From positions 5,967 to 69,966 of the forward strand of contig JAIVHO010000001.1 in NCBI GenBank assembly GCA_020201035.1: DNA of 64,000 nucleotides, given 5' to 3'. The notes beneath the pieces were generated by a model that worked only from the letters and a program-made list of their open reading frames with translations, searched no databases and had not been told where the DNA came from. Below are positions 30,915 to 40,175 of the stretch, in pieces. The position numbers were made by a program, and so were the translations under genes. Each line of letters begins with the position of its first letter. The stretch's first letter is position 1. Source of the DNA: Bacteroidales bacterium. Its GTDB lineage: Bacteria; Bacteroidota; Bacteroidia; Bacteroidales; VadinHA17.

Positions 30915-31939
30915 TGAATACCAGTTCAGACATACTTACCCTTCATGGTATAGAAGCAGGATTTAATGAGTCGGGACGCAAAACCACACTGCTTTATGAT
31001 GTTAACCTGGCAGCAAAAAAGGGTGAGGTAGTCTCTGTTATAGGTGCAAACGGATCAGGGAAGAGTACACTGCTCAGGATCATAGCATCAATTATTAAAC
31101 CACTGGCAGGGAACGTAGAGCTGGCATCACGAAGGGTATCCGACTATACCGGCAGCGAGCTGGCCGGCCTGGTGGCATTTGTTGCCGCAGGATCATCTGT
31201 CCCTCTCTCAATGAGGGTTGATGAGCTTGTGTCCCTTGGCAGGTTCCCCCACACAAACTGGATGGGAAGACTAAAAAATGATGATATGATTATGATAGAG
31301 GAGTCTCTCAACAGTGTGGGTATGCTTAAGCTGAGGGAAAGACCTCTGTACAAGCTTTCCGACGGGGAGAAACAGAGAGCGGTAATAGCCAGGGCGCTGG
31401 CACAGGACCCCGTACTGATCCTTCTGGATGAGCCAACCGCATTCCTTGATCTTCCCAACAGGTATGATCTTATATATCTGCTTAGAAAGCTTGCCGAGGA
31501 ACGTGGTAAGTGTGTGGTGCTTACGACACATGATATGGAAATTGCAGCAAGGGAAAGCGATAAGCTGTGGCTTATTCATAATAACAGGGTAAATGAAGGT
31601 GCTCCGGAAGATATGATAATTAACGGAATCCTCTCCTCACTTTTTGGTGAGAGGAATATCAGCTATTCAGAGAGTGACGGAGTATTTAAGAGAGGAAGGG
31701 TGACCGGTAGCCTGGTAAAACTGGAAGGGGAGAGAAGACTTGTGAAACTAACTGCCAGGGCTCTTGAGCGACTGGGCATAAAATCAACAGCCGGGAACTG
31801 CCCCGATTCAATCAGTGCCTTGAACAGTGCTGAAGGTCCACGGTGGACATACACCGGGAAACGGGGTTTTTATGATTTCAGTACGATATACGGATTGACA
31901 ACTTTTCTAAAGGAACACCATGTTGATAATGGTGCTTGA
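30914..31939 (+). CDS. btuD: Cobalamin ABC transporter ATPase
   Basis: GANGSGKST, LSDGEKQR, LLDEPTAFLD, THD; ATG overlaps the btuC stop (TAATG). Confidence 0.9.
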   Translation: MNTSSDILTLHGIEAGFNESGRKTTLLYDVNLAAKKGEVVSVIGANGSGKSTLLRIIASIIKPLAGNVELASRRVSDYTGSELAGLVAFVAAGSSVPLSMRVDELVSLGRFPHTNWMGRLKNDDMIMIEESLNSVGMLKLRERPLYKLSDGEKQRAVIARALAQDPVLILLDEPTAFLDLPNRYDLIYLLRKLAEERGKCVVLTTHDMEIAARESDKLWLIHNNRVNEGAPEDMIINGILSSLFGERNISYSESDGVFKRGRVTGSLVKLEGERRLVKLTARALERLGIKSTAGNCPDSISALNSAEGPRWTYTGKRGFYDFSTIYGLTTFLKEHHVDNGA

Positions 31940-31949
31940 AAAACCTATC

Positions 31950-33431
31950 CTACCTCCTGGCATGTGCCGAAAGGAAATCCTCAATGCTTTCAACAGGCAG
32001 CTTTTTGGCAATTATTTTTTTATCTGAATCAAGAATGTAGATCAGGGGCGTGCTGCTTACATTGTAATAGTAGTGGAACGCTGTCTGGCGCGTAGGGTCC
32101 CAGGCGTTAACCCAGGTAAGCTCGTTTTCAACAATATAATTAACCCAATCTTCCCTGTCAGCCTGTGTGCATACAGCAAAAACCTCAACTCCACTACTCT
32201 TCAGCCGGTTATAGAGATCGCGAAGCAAGGGTGTGGCAGTTTTACAATAGCCGCAATCAGGCTCCCAGAAGTATATTATAGTGTATTCAGCTTCCAGGTC
32301 ATAAAGAGATTTCCAGGTGCCGTCAAACGTTTCCATGGTCATGTCAGCACCCTTTATGCCAATAATGTTATTTCTTATCAGATCGGTATCCTTCTTCAAC
32401 TCCTTAAGGAACTCATCACCAGCCCAGGGTGCCCTGCCATTCAGATAATAGTTGTCAGCAAGCTCAACAACAATGGCATCATGTCCCATAATCTGGCTCT
32501 CCCTGAAATGGTTAAACAGGTAAACAACCGTAAGCCTGTATACCTCGGTCTCCGGTTCTGCCATTCCTATAACCCGGTGCATGTTACGTATCAGTGTGTC
32601 AGGATGCTGAATAAGAACATTGTTAAAATATGTGTCTAACTTGTTATAAAGCAAAGGGGTGCGTATAAGTCTTTTGTCGGTCAGACTGATATTGTCAAAA
32701 AAGTGCTCCGAATTGTAGTTATATGAATAGACCCACCTCAGTGAGTCAGGGTTTACTGCGTCAAACGGAATATTAAAATCCGGTATTCTGATTGGAATCA
32801 TCGCCTTAAGCAGGGCGGAAAGGATTGTGCCGCTATACTCCACTGCATATTTCTCAAGGTATGATACCATGCTCTTTTCCAGCTCACTGCGGACTGCTGT
32901 GAGTATCTCCAGCGAATCTGCATTCTGGCTGTTATTTCCAAGTCTCCTGCGCAGTTCTCCGTTTTTCTCCTGAAGGTCTCTCCACCCTTTCTGATACTCT
33001 ATAAAGACAGAGTTTTCCCTGCTGCCGGTAAAGGAAAGAGAGTTTATTATATCACTCTTTCTGCAGGTTATCTCAAACTGCTGATCATCGCCGATGATCA
33101 GTTCGAAATAGGAGTTATCAGGAAAGATTACCATATAGAGACCCTGCTCAAGCAGATTACTGCCTGACATAACAGCCCTTCCATTGTTATCGGTAGGGAT
33201 TGTGTCCTTAATATACTGTTTATCACCAAGATGATATCCCAAAGTGACAAAACTCCCTTTATGGTCAGGTATTGACATAATGATTCTGTAGCCCTCCGCA
33301 GTGATTAAATTATCATTTAATGCCACTGATGAGTAGGGCAGAGGTGAATCCTGTGCCTGAGTTAAGGAGGTGCTGACAGACAATATGCCTATTGTCATGG
33401 CTACTATTATAATTATCAGTCTGTTGGTCAT
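31950..33431 (-). CDS. Exported thioredoxin-like (TlpA/redoxin, DUF5106-type) protein
   Basis: Signal peptide; C-terminal YFWEPDCGYCK redoxin motif, YNVSSTP.IYILD. Confidence 0.8.
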   Translation of the reverse strand: MTNRLIIIIVAMTIGILSVSTSLTQAQDSPLPYSSVALNDNLITAEGYRIIMSIPDHKGSFVTLGYHLGDKQYIKDTIPTDNNGRAVMSGSNLLEQGLYMVIFPDNSYFELIIGDDQQFEITCRKSDIINSLSFTGSRENSVFIEYQKGWRDLQEKNGELRRRLGNNSQNADSLEILTAVRSELEKSMVSYLEKYAVEYSGTILSALLKAMIPIRIPDFNIPFDAVNPDSLRWVYSYNYNSEHFFDNISLTDKRLIRTPLLYNKLDTYFNNVLIQHPDTLIRNMHRVIGMAEPETEVYRLTVVYLFNHFRESQIMGHDAIVVELADNYYLNGRAPWAGDEFLKELKKDTDLIRNNIIGIKGADMTMETFDGTWKSLYDLEAEYTIIYFWEPDCGYCKTATPLLRDLYNRLKSSGVEVFAVCTQADREDWVNYIVENELTWVNAWDPTRQTAFHYYYNVSSTPLIYILDSDKKIIAKKLPVESIEDFLSAHARR

Positions 33432-33542
33432 ACCGGTCCGATTTATTTGAAAGACAAAGGTACTCCTTACAAATTCATTGCCAAAAGGAGAAGAGGGTCT
33501 CTTTTATATTTTCTATATTTGCAGCACAAAAAACTAGGGGAG

Positions 33543-34463
33543 ATGATTTCAGTTCTTATACCTGTTTACAATTATGATATTTCATTTCTGGTAAATGGTC
33601 TTCATCAGGCCCTGGATGATTTTGGACCCTTTAATGAGATTATTATCGGCGCCGACGGGTGTGATGAGGCACATATTAAGATTTTCAGGGAACTGGAAAA
33701 GCTTGATGGAGTAAGGCTGTTTGTCAGCAGTGAAAATATAGGAAGGGCACAGATAAGGAACAGAATGGCCGATATGGCCACCGGGAGTCATCTTGTTTTT
33801 ATTGATGCTGATGTAATGAAAGAGGGGAATTTTCTTCCCTTTATCAGGGCTTATTACGAACATCTCAACCGGGCCCCTGTAATCTGCGGAGGTACTGCCT
33901 ACCGTAAGATACCACCGGATGATCCTGACAGATACCTCAGGTGGAACTATGGTATACACAGGGAGCAGAAGAGTGCCCGAAAACGAAACCGCAATCCATA
34001 TGCCTCATTTTCGGGATTTAATTTTTGCATAGAGAAGGATATTTTTCTGAAGATAAGATTTAATGAAGAGCTGCATAAGTATGGTCATGAGGATACCCTC
34101 TTTGGGTACCAGCTAAAACGGGCCGGTACAGATATTCTTCATATTGACAACCAGCTGATACATGAAGGAATAGAGACCAACCGGGTTTTTATCAGTAAAA
34201 CTGCCGAGGGGGTGCATAACCTGAGTGTTTTGTATGACAGGGTAACAGATCGCAAGGCATTTTCAGAATCGGTCCGGCTCCTTGGTATTTACAGGATAAT
34301 ATCCAGGCTGGGAGCAGCACCCCTGATGGTGTTGCTCTACCGGAAGTACGGACGAAAGATCAAGGTCTATCTCACACGAAGAAAGCGTTCCACACTGCCC
34401 CTGTTTTCACTTTTCAAGCTGTCACTATTCTGCTATTACCGCTCCGTTAGCCAGACCGAATAA
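33543..34463 (+). CDS. Glycosyltransferase family 2
   Basis: MISVLIPVYN, NIGRAQIRN, FIDAD, YGHEDTLFG; TATATTTG box at about 33514 supports the ATG at 33543. Confidence 0.9.
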   Translation: MISVLIPVYNYDISFLVNGLHQALDDFGPFNEIIIGADGCDEAHIKIFRELEKLDGVRLFVSSENIGRAQIRNRMADMATGSHLVFIDADVMKEGNFLPFIRAYYEHLNRAPVICGGTAYRKIPPDDPDRYLRWNYGIHREQKSARKRNRNPYASFSGFNFCIEKDIFLKIRFNEELHKYGHEDTLFGYQLKRAGTDILHIDNQLIHEGIETNRVFISKTAEGVHNLSVLYDRVTDRKAFSESVRLLGIYRIISRLGAAPLMVLLYRKYGRKIKVYLTRRKRSTLPLFSLFKLSLFCYYRSVSQTE

Positions 34464-34508
34464 TCTGCCTTTTTCTGAATGCCCGCCACCTGTCAACTGT
34501 TCGTTATT

Positions 34509-35633
34509 CTAAACCTGACCGTTGTATAACCATTCACTGGTACCACTGAGGTGATCAGCGGTGGTTCCGTCAGTTAATAAGTAACGTCCTGCAAGATCTG
34601 CGGTAAGGCATGAGTGAACAGGTATAACACCAACCAGTTCACCTGTCCTGAACCCAGCAGTACCCCCGGCTTCTGTTTTTATTATGCCGTGTTCCTGTGA
34701 AAGGGATGAAAGGTAAAGAGGGCTATCATAACTGCTCCATCCTGTTTTGGTGAGTCTTACAATCTGACCGTAAACCGGGCTGCCATCAATTGTTACATAA
34801 TCCTTTGAGAGGTGCACTGCTCCCCCGTATATTACCACAATGTTTTCCCTGTGTCTTACATCCACCACAGGGCATACCATCACCGCGGCAATATCATCAA
34901 ATGAGCATGAACCTATGTTTAGCTGCATAAGGTCATAAAAAACGAAGTTGCCGGCCCTCAATTCATCTATATCCGGGTAGCCGGAGAAGAGTGAGGCAGA
35001 GGGGGTATCTCCAACCGAAATCATCAGCCCGGGATGTTGAAGGGAATCACGTACCTGTTTCATTCTGCTGACTGAGAGAGTGTAACGTTCTCTGGCCTGC
35101 GTCGTTGATTCGGATTTGTAGGTGTCACCGGCATGTGTAAGCAGACCTTTAACGGTTAGCAGGGGATTTGTACAAATTATATCAATAATCTTACTGAGAT
35201 CATTAAGATTATCCCATCGTGTACCGGACCTGTTATAGCCTGTATCCACCTTAATCATTACGCTGAGCCTGCTTTCTGCCTTTGAAGCAAGTATATGAGC
35301 TGATTCGGGTGAAGGGATTGTAAGAGTAAGGGATATTTCTCTGCTCAGGGCATCTGTTTCGACATGCTCCCTTGGATTATATGGGAATGCAACAGTAATA
35401 TCATTCCAGCCGTCTGAAGCAAAATACCTGGCCATTGCAACAGAAGATACAGCAATTGAACTGATGCCTTCATCGCGGAACCAGCGTCCTATCTGTTTAG
35501 ACTGATGTGTCTTGAAATGAGGCCTGAAAAGCACTCCGCTTTTTTGACACTTTTCGTTAATTCTCCTGATATTTGATTTTACAATCCCGGGGTTTACCAC
35601 CAGAACAGGGGTTGAAATTCTATCATAATTCAT
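34509..35633 (-). CDS. Fold-type III PLP enzyme (D-threonine aldolase / D-serine dehydratase-like)
   Basis: FRPHFKTH (PLP Lys), KVDTGYNRSG, LTHAG, GDTPS, RAGNFVFYD, LSQEHG, PVHSC. Confidence 0.85.
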   Translation of the reverse strand: MNYDRISTPVLVVNPGIVKSNIRRINEKCQKSGVLFRPHFKTHQSKQIGRWFRDEGISSIAVSSVAMARYFASDGWNDITVAFPYNPREHVETDALSREISLTLTIPSPESAHILASKAESRLSVMIKVDTGYNRSGTRWDNLNDLSKIIDIICTNPLLTVKGLLTHAGDTYKSESTTQARERYTLSVSRMKQVRDSLQHPGLMISVGDTPSASLFSGYPDIDELRAGNFVFYDLMQLNIGSCSFDDIAAVMVCPVVDVRHRENIVVIYGGAVHLSKDYVTIDGSPVYGQIVRLTKTGWSSYDSPLYLSSLSQEHGIIKTEAGGTAGFRTGELVGVIPVHSCLTADLAGRYLLTDGTTADHLSGTSEWLYNGQV

Positions 35634-35746
35634 AACAACAATAGTTTGCTTAAAAGTAAATATTTTTGGCATTAAGTAAAAGATGGCATGAAAGGATGTG
35701 ATCAATTTGTATATTTGCCTTAATATTAATGTAATGAGAGTTTTCT

Positions 35747-37084
35747 ATGAAGCGAATTACAGAATGGGTCAGAGCGTGGATAAAATATGTAACTGAGGAT
35801 ATATGGAATATACCTCTGGGTGACCTCCCGCGTCACCGCTCATTTATTGTGCGCGAGATAAGGATACTGGTACTTGCCTTCAGGGGGTTTAACGAGGACA
35901 AGATACAGTTGCGGGCTTCAGCCCTTACATTTTATACCCTTCTCTCAATTGTACCTATAGCTGCAATTGCTTTTGGCGTGGCGAAGGGTTTTGGTTTTGA
36001 TCAGCGCCTTGAAGAAGAGATTGTTAAAGCCTTTGCCGGCCAGGAGACGGTGATGGCTTATGTGCTTCAGATGGCCAGGGGTTTTCTGTCTGAAACAAGC
36101 GGTGTCTTTATTGGTGTTGCAGGTCTGGTTATTCTTTTGTGGTCGGTTATGCAGGTACTTGATAATATCGAAAGATCCTTTAATCATATATGGCAGATAA
36201 GGAAATCACGTCCATGGCTGAGAAAATTTGCAGACTACGTCTCATTTATGATTTTTGGGCCGGTATTTCTGATTCTTGCCAGCAGCTTCACTGTCTATGT
36301 TTCCACCATGGTAGATAATATATCGCAGGGGAGGGAAGTAATTGAGAATATAAAACCGGCAATAATGTTTCTGCTCAGGTTTGCACCCTACTTCTTCCTG
36401 TGGATATTTTTCACCTTTTTGTATATAGTCATGCCCAATACCAGGGTGAAGTTCAGGTCGGCTCTGGTTGCCGGAGTGATGGCGGGCACAATGTTCCAGG
36501 TAATACAGTTTCTCTACATTCATTTCCAGGTGGGAGTGACCAAGTACAATGCCATATACGGGAGTTTTGCAGCATTCCCTCTTTTTATTATATGGATGCA
36601 GTTAAGCTGGCTGGTTGTGCTGCTGGGTGCGGAGCTATCATTTGCAAACCAGAATGTAAATAAGTATGAATTCGAATCTGAATCACTTAATATCAGTCAT
36701 GCACAGAGAAAGATACTGAGTCTGATGCTGATGAATATCATTTGCAAACGGTTTGCTGCCGGAGAATCACCATTGAGTGCCGTGGAGATGGCTCAGTCAT
36801 TGCAGATTCCGGTAAGGATTGCAAGGGAATTGCTTTACCAGCTGTCGGAAGCCGGACTGATTACGGAAATCAGTATTGAGGCACCAAGAGAGCGGTATTA
36901 CCAGCCTGCAATTGATCTCAGACTTCTTAAAATCAGTTATATTATTTCCAGGCTTGAGATGATGGGCTCAGCAGATGTGCCGGTGGCCAGAAATGAACAG
37001 TATAAAAAGATAGTAGGATTGATTTCCGGTTTCGATGAAAAGATGAAAGAGTCAGACGGGGACAGGATTATTTCTGAGATATAA
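35747..37084 (+). CDS. YihY/BrkB-family membrane protein with C-terminal HTH-like extension
   Basis: ASALTFYTLLSIVP, IERSFNHIW, YNAIYGSFAAFPLFIIW..LSW.VVLLGAE. Confidence 0.9.
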   Translation: MKRITEWVRAWIKYVTEDIWNIPLGDLPRHRSFIVREIRILVLAFRGFNEDKIQLRASALTFYTLLSIVPIAAIAFGVAKGFGFDQRLEEEIVKAFAGQETVMAYVLQMARGFLSETSGVFIGVAGLVILLWSVMQVLDNIERSFNHIWQIRKSRPWLRKFADYVSFMIFGPVFLILASSFTVYVSTMVDNISQGREVIENIKPAIMFLLRFAPYFFLWIFFTFLYIVMPNTRVKFRSALVAGVMAGTMFQVIQFLYIHFQVGVTKYNAIYGSFAAFPLFIIWMQLSWLVVLLGAELSFANQNVNKYEFESESLNISHAQRKILSLMLMNIICKRFAAGESPLSAVEMAQSLQIPVRIARELLYQLSEAGLITEISIEAPRERYYQPAIDLRLLKISYIISRLEMMGSADVPVARNEQYKKIVGLISGFDEKMKESDGDRIISEI

Positions 37085-37769
37085 CACCAGACGGAGCCTG
37101 AACAAGCGATTCAATCATTTCACCAAAGGAGTTCCAGTTGAAAAAAGGGTAGTGTGGAAGTGGCATGGAGATAAGCTTTGTCTCTTTCCTGCTCTCCCAG
37201 TATTTGTACATATTGTCATAGGGAAATACCCTGTCCATTGTAGAGGTTAGTGCAATATCCCACTTAAAACTTATCTCATAGCTCTCCATAATCCTGTTAT
37301 AGAGCCATCGCAACTCATCCTCGAATGATTTTAACTCCCTTTTTGATATCTTTTCCGGATGCCTCTCAAGCTCCCTTTTTGTTCCGAAAAGCCTGAGGTG
37401 ATACTTGTAGATAACCCGTTTATCAAGCCGGTTAAGTGTTCCTTCAAATACAGGTATTGGTATTCCGTACCTGTTGTCGGCAGGAAAGGGAGTGCCGTTG
37501 ACAGCAATTGAGAGATCAGGTTTCAGATTCATTGACCGGGCCATATACTCAGCAGCCCAGACACCCAGTGACCATCCTATCACCGTAATGTGCTCATACG
37601 TCTTTTTTTCCGGCAAAATAAGGGGTTCATCGGCAGAGTAGTTGTAGTAGAGGATGAAGTCATGATCATCCCTGCAAAGCGGAAGAAAAAGATTGTGATC
37701 GGTACCCCATGTCCCAAAAAGAATAATCAGTTGTTTATTTGCCTCACGTCTTTTTATATATGTCTTCAT
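37068..37769 (-). CDS. bioG: BioG/DUF452-family alpha/beta hydrolase (pimeloyl-ACP methyl ester esterase-like)
   Basis: LIILFGTWGTD, GWSLGV nucleophile elbow, AVNGT..P...YGIP..VF.GTL, D.VFP, PHYPF. Confidence 0.7.
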   Translation of the reverse strand: MKTYIKRREANKQLIILFGTWGTDHNLFLPLCRDDHDFILYYNYSADEPLILPEKKTYEHITVIGWSLGVWAAEYMARSMNLKPDLSIAVNGTPFPADNRYGIPIPVFEGTLNRLDKRVIYKYHLRLFGTKRELERHPEKISKRELKSFEDELRWLYNRIMESYEISFKWDIALTSTMDRVFPYDNMYKYWESRKETKLISMPLPHYPFFNWNSFGEMIESLVQAPSGVISQK

Positions 37770-37888
37770 ATTCTTATGCTTCAGCAGGGTATGATCTGTC
37801 TGTAATATCTAATTCCCCGTATGCGGGCTGACGAAGATAAGCATTTTTTCCGGAGACATAAATAGTGGGGGAAGTAGCAGCAGGGTAC

Positions 37889-38078
37889 AAAAAAATAAGA
37901 GGAGCAGGCCGGTTGTGCTAAGCAGGGCGGGTTTCATTTCAGAAATCCCGGAATCTACTGTCTGATAAAGAAAGGTTCCTTCGTCCGAAGGCCCTTATGT
38001 GAAAGTCAATGTCTGCAATACAATCCTGTTCTTTCACACAACCAACCAATAATGCTCCTCTTATGTTAATAGCATGAG
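37889..38078 (-). ncRNA. Candidate 6S RNA-like structured ncRNA
   Basis: Perfect 12-bp terminal inverted repeat (37895-37906 / 38053-38064) extended by ggttgtg/cacaacc; apical hairpin aagggccttc-ggac-gaaggaacctt; T-tract at the 3' end; upstream TTTG-N20-TACATTTG promoter; no ORF. Confidence 0.6.
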
Positions 38079-38315
38079 CTTGTATACAAATGTAAGATAA
38101 AAAGAACATAAAGTCAAATTTTTCAAGGTAAAATTATCATAATAGGTATTTTTAACCATAATTAGTTGTATTGTTAAACCCGTGCCCTTCCCGGACATCT
38201 GTTCCCGTGCGCTGGAAGCATTAATCAAATAACCTTAAATTATTGATGCAAACTTTCATTGCTATTGTGGCCGGAATACTATTTTTGTAGGACCAACTTA
38301 AACACTACAGAAGAA

Positions 38316-40124
38316 ATGGGTATGACAATTATTGAAAAAATACTGGCACAGCATGCAGGCCGTAAGAGTGTAAAGCCAGGTGATATTGTTGATATAGTCA
38401 TTGATGCCAGGGCAGCACGTGACTTCGGGGGAGCCAACGTTGTTAAAAACCTGCGGGATCATGCTCTCTCTCTTGATAATCCTGAAAAGACCATGTTTAC
38501 CTTTGATTGCAACCCGACCGGGAGTGATCAGAAATACGCTGTCAATCAGCATATATGTCGTCTTTATGCCCGTGAACAGGGTGTCAGGGTGTATGATATT
38601 GATGCAGGGATAGGTACACATATTCTGATTGACAGGGGACATGTTTACCCCGGCGCAACAGCTATTTCCACCGATTCACACGCTAATATACTTGGTGCTA
38701 TTGGGGCATTCGGACAGGGGATGGGGGATATGGATATTGCCTCAGCATGGAACAGGGGAAAGGTCTGGTTTAAGGTGCCTGAATCAGTGCAACTGAATCT
38801 TACAGGAAAATTTCCCCCGGATATTGCCGCCAAGGATATTGTACTGAACCTTCTGAAGATATTCGGTGCCAATACATTGCTTGGATACAGTCTTGAAATT
38901 TACGGAGATGATGTTAGCAGTTTGTCACTTGACGACCGTATTACCATATCAAGCATGGCAACGGAAATGGGAGCAATAATACTTCTTTTTCCTCCTGACC
39001 AGAAGATAATTGATTATTGCAGGGAGAGGACTAAAAATGATTTTAAGCCTGTTTATGCAGATCCTGATGCCGCATACGCAGATTCCTTTAGTATTGATGT
39101 TTCAGACTTCAGGCAGATGGTCTCGCGCCCCGGCAAACCTCATGACACAACGGATATTGGTGAAATAGTAGGGGTTAAGATCGATTCTGCATTTATCGGA
39201 AGCTGCACAAATGGCCGGATTGAGGATATGAGAGTGGCTGCCTCTGTTCTTAAGGGCAGACATGTTGCACCCGGTGTGGTATTGAAAATAGTACCCTCCA
39301 CCGATGCTGTATGGAATCAGTGTCTTGAGGAGGGGCTGATAGCAATTTTCAAGGAGGCCGGGGCACTTGTTTCCAATGCAGGGTGTGCAGGGTGCGCGGC
39401 CGGACAGGTAGGACAGAATGGTCCGGGCGAAATAACAGTAAGCACAGGTAACCGTAATTTTCCGGGCAAGCAGGGAAAGGGAAGTGTTTATCTGGCCTCA
39501 CCCGCAGTAGTTGCGGCATCAGCCGTTGCAGGCGTCCTTACTTCATCTGTAGATACTCCTGTTGTCACAGAATTTATACAAGCAGACACGAGGGCCAAAA
39601 CAGCCGAAGCAGGCGTAAAAAAAGATAAATCTGATTTTAAGGAGATTGCAGAGGGAAAGTGCCGGGTTATCATGGAGGATAATATAGACACCGATATGAT
39701 CTTTCATAACCGGTATCTTGCAATAACAGATATTAAGGAGATGGGGCAGTATACCTTTGATAATCTTGGCGGCCATGAGGATTTTGCCTCAAAAGCAGAG
39801 CCTGGAGATATTATTGTCACCGGAAAGAATTTCGGATCAGGAAGCTCAAGACAACAGGCGGTTGATTGTTTTATATCACTTGGAGTAAGTGCAATTATAG
39901 CTGAATCTTTTGGGGCAATCTATGAGAGAAATGCCATAAATGCAGCTTTCCCGGTAATGACATATAATGATATTTCCGCCCTCGGGCTGAATGACGGGGA
40001 CAGGATAAGGGTGAACTACAGGAGCGGTGAGATTGTAAACATGGAAAACGGGAACAGCATTCAGGCCAATCCTTTCTCTGAGGTTCAGATAGATATTTGC
40101 AGGAGAGGTGGTCTCCTGGGATGA
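38316..40124 (+). CDS. Aconitase/isopropylmalate isomerase family, fused large+small subunit (copy 1)
   Basis: MGMTIIEKIL, DSH, IGSCTNGRIED, CAGC, STGNRNF.G.QG; C-term swivel domain NIDTD, NFGSGSSRQQA. Confidence 0.88.
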   Translation: MGMTIIEKILAQHAGRKSVKPGDIVDIVIDARAARDFGGANVVKNLRDHALSLDNPEKTMFTFDCNPTGSDQKYAVNQHICRLYAREQGVRVYDIDAGIGTHILIDRGHVYPGATAISTDSHANILGAIGAFGQGMGDMDIASAWNRGKVWFKVPESVQLNLTGKFPPDIAAKDIVLNLLKIFGANTLLGYSLEIYGDDVSSLSLDDRITISSMATEMGAIILLFPPDQKIIDYCRERTKNDFKPVYADPDAAYADSFSIDVSDFRQMVSRPGKPHDTTDIGEIVGVKIDSAFIGSCTNGRIEDMRVAASVLKGRHVAPGVVLKIVPSTDAVWNQCLEEGLIAIFKEAGALVSNAGCAGCAAGQVGQNGPGEITVSTGNRNFPGKQGKGSVYLASPAVVAASAVAGVLTSSVDTPVVTEFIQADTRAKTAEAGVKKDKSDFKEIAEGKCRVIMEDNIDTDMIFHNRYLAITDIKEMGQYTFDNLGGHEDFASKAEPGDIIVTGKNFGSGSSRQQAVDCFISLGVSAIIAESFGAIYERNAINAAFPVMTYNDISALGLNDGDRIRVNYRSGEIVNMENGNSIQANPFSEVQIDICRRGGLLG

Positions 40125-40175
40125 AAAGGACAGAAAAGAATCAGTAATAAAGGACTCTGTAAAAAAAAATATGAT

